A DNA stretch of 58,426 nucleotides, filler included, from Bipalium vagum (lineage: Eukaryota): assembly GCA_037834085.1 (NCBI GenBank). It is 3 parts of 3 records of this genome, joined end to end, with 100 filler letters (N's around TTAATTAATTAA, not from the genome) between each part and the next. Parts side by side here need not be neighbours in the genome. Positions count along the whole stretch, not along the records: positions 40,624 to 58,426 come from JBBMKC010050478.1; 2 more parts are not named here. One strand, 5' to 3'. Both the position numbers and the translations under genes were made by a program. How positions within the stretch are numbered: the first letter of the stretch is position 1; every line of letters starts with the position of its first letter. The notes under the pieces are model-generated. The model worked only from the letters and a program-made list of their open reading frames with translations. It was not told the DNA's origin and ran no database searches. Positions 49,809 to 58,426 of the stretch are shown here, in pieces.

Positions 49809-51868
49809 TATTATTTAATTATTATTTATTAAATATTAAAATAAACATAATTAATTAAAATTTTTAATTATTGTTAATTTATATTGATCGAATAATAATT
49901 GTACCATAATATTCTACATTTAATATTTAAATAAATAGAAAAAATGAAAAAACCAATAAAAAAGACATATCTGACGACTACGATTACAATAATTTCTTAC
50001 ATTTTCTACTTATTTAAATTATATGATTGTCTTATTTATTAAAATATGAATAAAAACAATAAATAAATATCATTTGTTTATTAACTTAATTGTTTCAATG
50101 AAAAAGTCAAATTTAGCTGAGATAGTCTTCGTTAATATTCTTTAAATAAAAATTATTTGATAATCTTTTAAATGAAAATTTTATAACCTCGAATCTGTTT
50201 CAACATAAAATAATATAAATGAACAGGAAAATCAATAAAGTTAAGTAAATTTAAAAAATAATAATATTTATTTATTATTATTATTATTATTAATATTATT
50301 ATTAACTAAAAATAAAAAAATAAACGATAATATTATTTATAGTTGATTTTATTACATATTTTTAACTTTTCCAAATTTTTTCATAATAAATATAAAATAA
50401 AATGAATATTTCTTGTTTTAAATATACTCATTTCACTTCTATAATTATATAATATATTATATCATTTTTAATTATTTAAGATTTATGAATTATTATTAAT
50501 AGTTAATATAAATAAATTTTATGGTCATATTTTTTAAGATAATTACAATTTTCGTTTTACACACGAAATATATATCATAAATTTAATTAATTTTTTATTT
50601 ATTTTTGATGAACTGGAGATTTTTATACCCAATAAATATTTTACAAACAAATTCTATTTTCTATGGAAAAAGCTCTTTATGTATATAATGTATTCGTATT
50701 GGTAACAATGTATAATTTCTTTCATATCAATATCAAAAAATGTATACCAATCTTTATACTTGATATTTATTATAGTCTGAGGAATGATGAGCCATCACCT
50801 TTTAAATATTTTAATTCATCTATTCTCACAGTATTTGATTGAGGTCTCATTAACGGAAACAATTTATTAATAGCTCTGTTTCATTTCTTCTTGTTAATAT
50901 TATTTATTTTTTATTCTGCAATTTAAATAATGGACATTTATCTCATCATCGTTCGATTATACCATATGGGAGTGGTATGAATTAAAACAGTACAAACACA
51001 ATGATATGTTTTTATTTTGAAGAGTCTATCTATAATTAGGACCTTGGCAAAAGGTTCAAAGCGTAGAAATAATATTTATTTTTAAAGAGCGTTAGTAAAA
51101 CTTGATAGTACAATTTGATTGATATAATTGCCTTCATATTTGGTGTTTGGTTTGTTATGAATCAAAAGAAACGAAATCTGTAATCAACGAGAAGAGCTTT
51201 AGCTAAATACGAGAAAAGAAAACCACTCTATAAATCATTTACGTCTTAAGTAGTGCTAACTAATACCACAATATTCTTTATTTAGAAAAAATTGTTTACT
51301 TTATTATTTTTGTTTTCAAAATAGACGTATTAGTGGGATTTCGATTTTGTGTTGGATATTACTTAATAATGTCTGGTTTCATTTATCAATCCTTAAGAGA
51401 AATATGAATTAATAAACCTTTATTATTATGTTAACCCTTAAACAGCAATAGGGATCGACTTGGATCAATATTTGAATCCATATACGGTATCTAATTTATT
51501 TTGTTTTGAAATTTATTAATTGATTTTTTGAAGTGCTCTTTCCAACAGTAAAAAAAATATTTCGAAAAATTTTATAGTTTAAAATCAATTTTAATAACCT
51601 CGATGACGACCAATTTCGTCAAAATGGCTCTATATTATTTTTAAAAATTAATAATAATTAATAATAAATTTAATATTATTTATAAGTCTGTTATTCGTAT
51701 TATGGTTAATATAAGTGACATGAAAAATTTTTAGCTTTTCACAAAAATGACACTAATTTTATGGAAAAACTATTATTGTTTCATCTATTAGAAATATCCA
51801 TGTAAAATTTCAAATAAATAATCTATAAATTGATTGTTTAAATGTGTAAAAGTTTGTTTATTTTTATA

Positions 51869-52345
51869 ATGAAAAATTTGAAAAATCGTACTGTGATTGA
51901 ATATTTATCGAAAAATGGATTATCTAGGTAAAAGTTCAGTTAGTTATGGTTGGTGTATTGAGCGATAGTGTTTCTTCTTATATGACAGTGAAAAATTCGG
52001 TCACTGCTTTTAAATCTTTTTAAATCATTCATCGACTGAAGATGATCATCTTAGTGATCGACACAAAACTGCTTCAAAATCAGAAATTGTTAAGAAAACC
52101 CATGTAATTGTTTGTGAACATGCAAGTATAGCTATTCGTAAAGTAACTCAAATAATTTGGATCTCAGATTATTGTGTACGCCATTTTTTAAAATATTTCG
52201 TTAACAATGCAATAAAAAATGATGTAAAAAAAATTTTCGGAAAATGTTTGAATCGATTTAGGAAGATTAAAACTGATTTAATCCTTGACATGTTTTTAGA
52301 TAAAATGATTCATGAGACAGCTGTACATCATTACGTCCGAGATCT
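51869..52345 (+). mobile_element. mariner (irritans-like) 5' relic
   Basis: MKNLKNRTVIEYLSKNGLS..VSSYMTVK..STEDDHLSDRHKTAS..HETAVHHY. Confidence 0.6.
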
Positions 52346-55300
52346 TACAGGTTCACATTTTAGATATGGAATATTATTATTGAAGAATAAGTGAATAATT
52401 GCATTGTGAGGAGATTATGTCGAATAATACATGTTTTTTCGGTATTTTTTACATTCTTTCATTTCTACGCTAAAGACATTTCACAAAACCTATATAATAC
52501 TCAATTTAACACGATGAGTTTATATAAAAAATTTGATGAACATCAAATTTTGCTAAAGGGATGGATTATCAAAGCACTTGATCTGGTACTGGTAAACGTG
52601 ATCTTGCTTAAATCTAAATTTCTAGTAACAATTTATAATTATAAAAAATATTTCTCTTCATTCCATCTATTACCTTTTTAAAATAACGTGCCACTAGTTA
52701 AGGGACATTCTTTGTTATTTTACCATATACAAGTGGAAATAATTTCCATAAATAGCAACACATATCTGCTATATTTAGTATATATCTAATAAGTGGTACT
52801 TTTTATACGTACACATTGGAATCATTTTAGCAGTAGTAACTATCATTACCATCACCGGGTTGGGGGTGAAATACTCCTATAATCATTTTCAGAAATCTAT
52901 TAATGACAATAGCCCTGAGCTATCTGTGAGGAATTATAATTCCCAGTAATTTAATAAATGCAGAAATCTGTTAGAGATGACAAGTTCAGCCATCAATAAA
53001 TGATAATCACGTAATTTTCATATTTTTCATTAAGTAATTAACAATAACAATAATAGTCACTGTTCTCAGCGCTCAAGAAAATGATACACTTTCAAAATAT
53101 ATCCTTCGTGGATATTTTAATCATTGTGATATCAAAGTGTTCATATGACCTATAAATAAAGTATAAGATTGATCTCACCTTAATGTCTTATTAAATAATA
53201 CTAATTAATATAAATGTATTTCAAAATAAAGTTTTTCGTATCATAATTCAATAGTTTCAAATACTCATGTCTATGGTAAGTCTTTACTATTGTCCCTATT
53301 TTGTATTCTGATGATAGACTTAAGTAATATAAAATCACTAAGCCCGAAGATAGTGTTTTTACTCAGATTTGTTACTTTAGAACGATTTATTTATGAAACA
53401 AGATAGTTTTCTTCAAATTGGATCATTTGTTATTTTTTTCTATTTGGTTATGTTTTCACTTGTTTTCCATCTGGAATACTTTTTTCTCTGTTTTTGATCC
53501 TGACTATTTTCTCAGTTTCACTAATCACATTAGGTCCAGGGTTAGGTAATAGTTCCGTAGTCGTATGGAGATCTACTGCATGAGATGATCAAAAGTAGAA
53601 GTTAATCTGTGTCTCCACATTGAATCGTCAATCATCGGATCTTTTTTGACCACTAATATCCCGTATCTTTCCATTGACAAAGTTTAAGAAACATGAACAA
53701 AATTCACTTTACCCTCCAATTATTTGTAGACATGATATTCGTGATGGGCTGGGATGATACAGATACACTGAAGGCCGAAAGTTCATACAAAAAGACCACA
53801 TTGGTATATTGTAGCCCCTGCCTGTGATCTTTAAAAAAAGTTATTTGCATTAATTCATCATACCCTAAGTCTTATTTACTACATGGTATCATGAGAAATT
53901 TGTTCTGAGAGAAGAATAAACAATGCACAATTTTTTCTTGAGAAAATTGTCAACTATTTTTGCTGCATATTTGATTCACTCCGAAAGGATCTAGAAGAAT
54001 GCCTGTGGAATGGCTTATCTTCTAAAACATTTCTTCTAACATTTCTTCATTTACCTTTCCATGGAAGCTTGGAAATTTTATTTCTACGATTGTTTCTACA
54101 TTCATTGGCGTTCCCCTCTTAGATGACAGGGTCGATGACTTAATTACAACATTTTCTGTTAATTCCTGACTGACAGTTGGAAAATATTTGATATCATCTC
54201 TCTACTTTTTAATTTAAATCATACTAATACAAAATACACTAATTAAGAAAGAAAAATCATCTTTTACATTAGCATACCCTTTTCCATAACGTATCTTATC
54301 TTAATAATTTTTTAGGAAAAAAATTTGGATGTATAAAATTTAATTTCCATTCAAATAAGTAATAACGGCCTGATAGACAGAAGTGGAAGTTATTTTCCCC
54401 CGGCACTCACTCTCAAGCTGGGATTCAGTTTGATATTATTAATATGTGTTAGGTCCTCGTGCTCAGACAGCGATTCCAGCTAACCACTTGTGAGGGATGC
54501 CGCATCCTTATGATATAATAATATTAATAAAATATCTAAATAGCTAAAATAAACACGGTCTCGTTAGCTGAAATATTAAAAATCATCTTCAATAATATTT
54601 TATTTTTCCGAAATTAAAAACTTTGACTTTTTCAAATAATCAAATAATAATAAGTTAATCAAATAATAAAAAACAATATTTTATTTATTTTTTAACTGAA
54701 AAAAATCATTTCTGATTCAGGGTCCATTAATCTATAATTGAGCATTTTAATCGAAAAAATTTTATTATATCCCAAAAATATTATTAAAATTTAAATTGAA
54801 AATGTCCTTTCATCATTAACCAAGCATGGTTATTTATTGAATGTCTGAAAAATCCTTAGAAAACAGTGTAATGAATATTGGTTATATTTTTATTTTATTT
54901 TTCATACAAAGACGAATTGAAAGAAATTAATGAAGTGAATATGGGAAAACACATTTAGAAATTAAATTATGAAAATATTTTTATGGTGGATTATAATTTT
55001 AAATAAAAATATTTTTCCATTCATGTTTGCAACCGAGGTTACGAATATTTATAGTATAATTATAAGCATTAATAATACGATATCGCTTAAATGATGAAAA
55101 TATATAACTCTAAGTATTTTTTTGTATTTTGAAAACATAAAAAAATGATAATAACGGTAAAACCTGATTTGGAATGTAAAATTTCTTCACAGGATATTTT
55201 TGACCACGAACTTTTGCATCACCCTGGTATTCAAATTATAAAACCTCTAATTTAATTTGTGATCCTTTATTTTCTGCATTTTACAAGAATGGCCAAAACA

Positions 55301-57997
55301 TGTGGACGACATTTTAATTCTTAAAAAAGTGAAATTAAAAAAATATATTTTGCGATAACAAGGATGACGGTGTTTACAATATCATAGTGCATATATAATA
55401 AAATGGATTTCCTCATGTCTAAACTTATCAATAAGAATTCTTTTTTACTAATCCTTTGATTATTAATTACTTAAGAATCGGAATTTAGAATGTGTTAATC
55501 AATAAGTTTTTTGATAATAATTTATAATTAATATTTAATAATAATAATTATTATTTAATGAGGAATTTTACTGATTATCAGCTTCAAATCTTTTACAACA
55601 ACAATAAAAAGATAAAATCATAATGCTTATGAACCAAGACTAAAATAACAGTAAAATCATGATCACTAAAAGTTTCAAAATATTTGTTCAATTATTAAAA
55701 TTTTAATGTCTATTTGGGGATGCTCCACAAGTTTATGGGTTTTATTATTTTATTAGGTAACTTTAAATATTTTCAATTTGTTTATAAATTTATTTCTGTT
55801 AGCCTCCTTTGAATATTACTATCAACTTAATATATAAGTTTTTTAGACCCTATCGATTATACAAGGTTTCATCTTATTTGGAGATATCCGTTAATATTTC
55901 ACAATAAAATTAATAAAAAAGGATTTTCTAAATATTTATTCTTAGGTAAGAAAGAAAAAACTGAAAATAAGCTTGATTTTAAGTAAGTAATAAAATTAGT
56001 AAACAAAATAAGAGAAATATAATAACATTTTTACATATAATATGATTCGAGGTATTCTACACCAATATCATTTAAATCGATAAATATAATGAAAATCTTA
56101 AATTAACAAAATTAATTATTTTTAACTTTAATTATATATTTTAGTTATATTTTTAAATTGTGAATTATAGTGGAAATTATTTTTAATTTCTCCATTTTAT
56201 TTAATTGAAAATTAGAAATTATTTCAAAAATGTATTTTGTTTTAATAAGACGAAAAATGAATTTTCACTTTAAATTTAATAAATGATTTTTAATCAATTT
56301 CCATCGTTCTGAAAGGCGGAGGCATAATTTAGAAGAGAGAATAGAAAAAAATTATTATCCAGCTTCTAATAATTATATTTTATCAATTTTAATAAATAAA
56401 AATTATTTTAAAGCTTTCATTTAGTATCAGAAAAATGTCAGCTACAGACAATTTGATTGTCTCACAATTAATATATTAAATTAATAGCGAAATTCCGTTG
56501 GAAAAATCTTGACGAAATAATGTATTAGTTGGAAAAATGTCTTAAACGTTTACTGAGAATCAATATTAATTTGTTACAGCTTGCAGTATAATTAATTAAA
56601 TTTTCCCAGTCTTAAAAATTGGATTTCCAAATGGCAACAATCAAGAGGATGCGGATACTTTCTGAAATACGAACCCGCTACAACGATAATAAAATGCAAA
56701 TTTTCCTACGCAACTCACGGAGCTGATAAATAAATTACTCTGTTTCTTTACGGTCATTTACAGACTAAATTGGCATAATTTCAAAATTTATTTATATTTT
56801 TATCTTGCCAATTTTATTTTATCCGTTTCATTTGAACAAAATTTTCAAGAAATATAATAAATTTCGTAGATATTTGTTTTAATACAAGACGCGGTATTTT
56901 GGTAACGAAATCCAGAAATCAATTTGAGAATTAAAACAAATTTTATAAAAGACAAAAGTCAACGAATTAAAACAAATTAAAATCATTTCATTGGGATCGG
57001 TTTCAGTCTCAATATTGGAACAATTTCCACCAGAATCACTGGAAAAAAAACATCTTTGATAATGCTTGTTAAGTAGAGCATATCATATTGGCATTTCTGC
57101 TAACAAGTCTTGTATTTTTATCTGGACTTGTGAATAAAAATTGTTTTAATGAAAATTAAATTTGACCTTCACTGATATTAAGAATAATCTATAAATAGAT
57201 ATAATGGAAATTAGCATAAAGTTTGGTGGGAAACAATTTATTGTTTAATTAAAACAAATTGTCTAACAAGAAAAAAAATGTTTCAATAATTGATAAAGGA
57301 AAATTGTTTTATATGACAACTGGGTGAAGAAACAAGATTTTTTAAAAATTTTCTTTTTTTTGTAAAATGTCACAAATTTTGGGGACTTGTAATAAATATT
57401 TGTTTTGGATTTTGATCAAAATTATGGAGACAGTGAACGATAGTTTTTGTTTCAATTAATTATTTAAAAGGGTAATAAAATAACTAATAAATAATAAATA
57501 AACTAATTGCAATAGATTGAACTAATCTTTAAATATATAAAATAATTATTATGAAGTTGAATTAACTTGGAAATTATAAAAAATGAATAATTATTGAAAA
57601 GTAATTAATTATTTTTTTTAATGTAATTTCCAATGTAATTAACATTTTAAGTGTGGAAAATTCACATATGTAAAGATAAGTTCTAATTTTTCCAATAAGC
57701 TAATTTTACTGAAAATTAGTTTTAAAATTAAATACTGGTAATTGTTTTTGTATAAATTTCCCTCCGAATATCAAGATTAATTTTATATTATTTTTTTGAA
57801 ATAAATCAATTATAGTAAAAATTTTAATATGATTTTTAATTTTATATTTCTTTATTTACTTATAAGTGTAGGATTGTCGAAATAAATCCTGAATATTTTA
57901 AAAGTTTTATTTAAAAAAGATTATTTTTGTAATCAATATAATTATTTTTGTTTAAATAAGCTAATTTATCAATAAAATAGATTACTTAACATTAATC

Positions 57998-58200
57998 ATG
58001 GGTTTTAAATATGACCGAAGATTAGCCTTATTGGAATCACTTCGTGTCGGAAGAAAGCGAAAAGAAAGAATTGAATGGTTTCGATATAAGGAGACTCGAA
58101 TCTATGAGTTGACAAAAAGGTACACCAAATTATGGGTTAGATATATTCGATGCAAAACGAAATGACGAATTTCTGATTAATTTAAAAATTAAAATCTAGA
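57998..58200 (+). mobile_element. maT/DD37D-like transposase 5' relic
   Basis: MGFKYDRRLALLESLRVGRKRKERIEWFRYKETRIYELTKRY resembles the RR.AI.ESLRAGR...EII.F..Y..S.VY HTH start of maT elements. Confidence 0.5.
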
Positions 58201-58353
58201 AAAGGTCATAAAACCTCTTTAAATCAATACTTATAAATACAATTCCCTGTAAGAAAGTAAAATCTAAATTCAAGACTCAAAATCATTATGAATAATAATA
58301 TTTCTAATAAAATTTTAAAATATTTTATCAATTAATAAAAGTGATATTACATT

Positions 58354-58371
58354 TATTATTATTATTATTAC

Positions 58372-58426
<55 letters not shown>
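58354..58426. repeat. (TTA)n microsatellite
   Basis: TTA run to the window end. Confidence 0.95.

Noticed and set aside
52830-53110. Plus-strand INDNSPE / INDNH cadherin-like peptides
   Set aside because: Opposite strand to the protocadherin exon, interrupted by stops and lacking other cadherin motifs; likely chance in AT-rich DNA.
53400-54200. Coding-like minus-strand region, possibly MULE-derived
   Set aside because: No motif was strong enough to assign a family.
1-58426. CRISPR arrays, operons, rRNA or prokaryotic/viral gene clusters
   Set aside because: No repeat-spacer arrays, rRNA-like tracts or gene-dense intronless blocks; the DNA is spliceosomal-intron-containing eukaryotic sequence.

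Overview
Very AT-rich animal nuclear DNA. Short introns (about 40-63 bp), (TTA)n microsatellites, a protocadherin exon, an F-type lectin and dense mariner relics suggest a spiralian, possibly a planarian; this taxonomic call is inference only. The window is three contigs joined by artificial 100-bp spacers (44N-TTAATTAATTAA-44N at 19596-19695 and 40524-40623), so adjacency across them cannot be assumed. Host genes reconstructed by hand: an intronless XRN2/Rat1-like exoribonuclease (minus strand, runs off the left edge); an unusually divergent, terminally trimmed ribosomal protein eS4 (3 exons); a 6-exon secreted F-type lectin + PAN/Apple gene whose reading frame is absent from the ORF track; the 5' half of an ENTPD4/7 apyrase; an LRMDA orthologue (6 coding exons over 13 kb); and one protocadherin exon (last cadherin repeat + TM). 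The rest is decayed transposons: several mariner subfamilies (one nested pair), Tc1-like, maT-like, pogo/Tigger, Merlin, hAT-Charlie, Ty3/gypsy and possibly MULE. The most notable items are a complete-ended 'plant mariner'/DD39D-like element with D40D spacing and Stowaway-like termini (two copies), the divergent eS4, the variant fucolectin-PAN gene, a probable XRN2 retrocopy and a tRNA-like cassette inserted in a mariner. I found no convincing single new multi-gene system.
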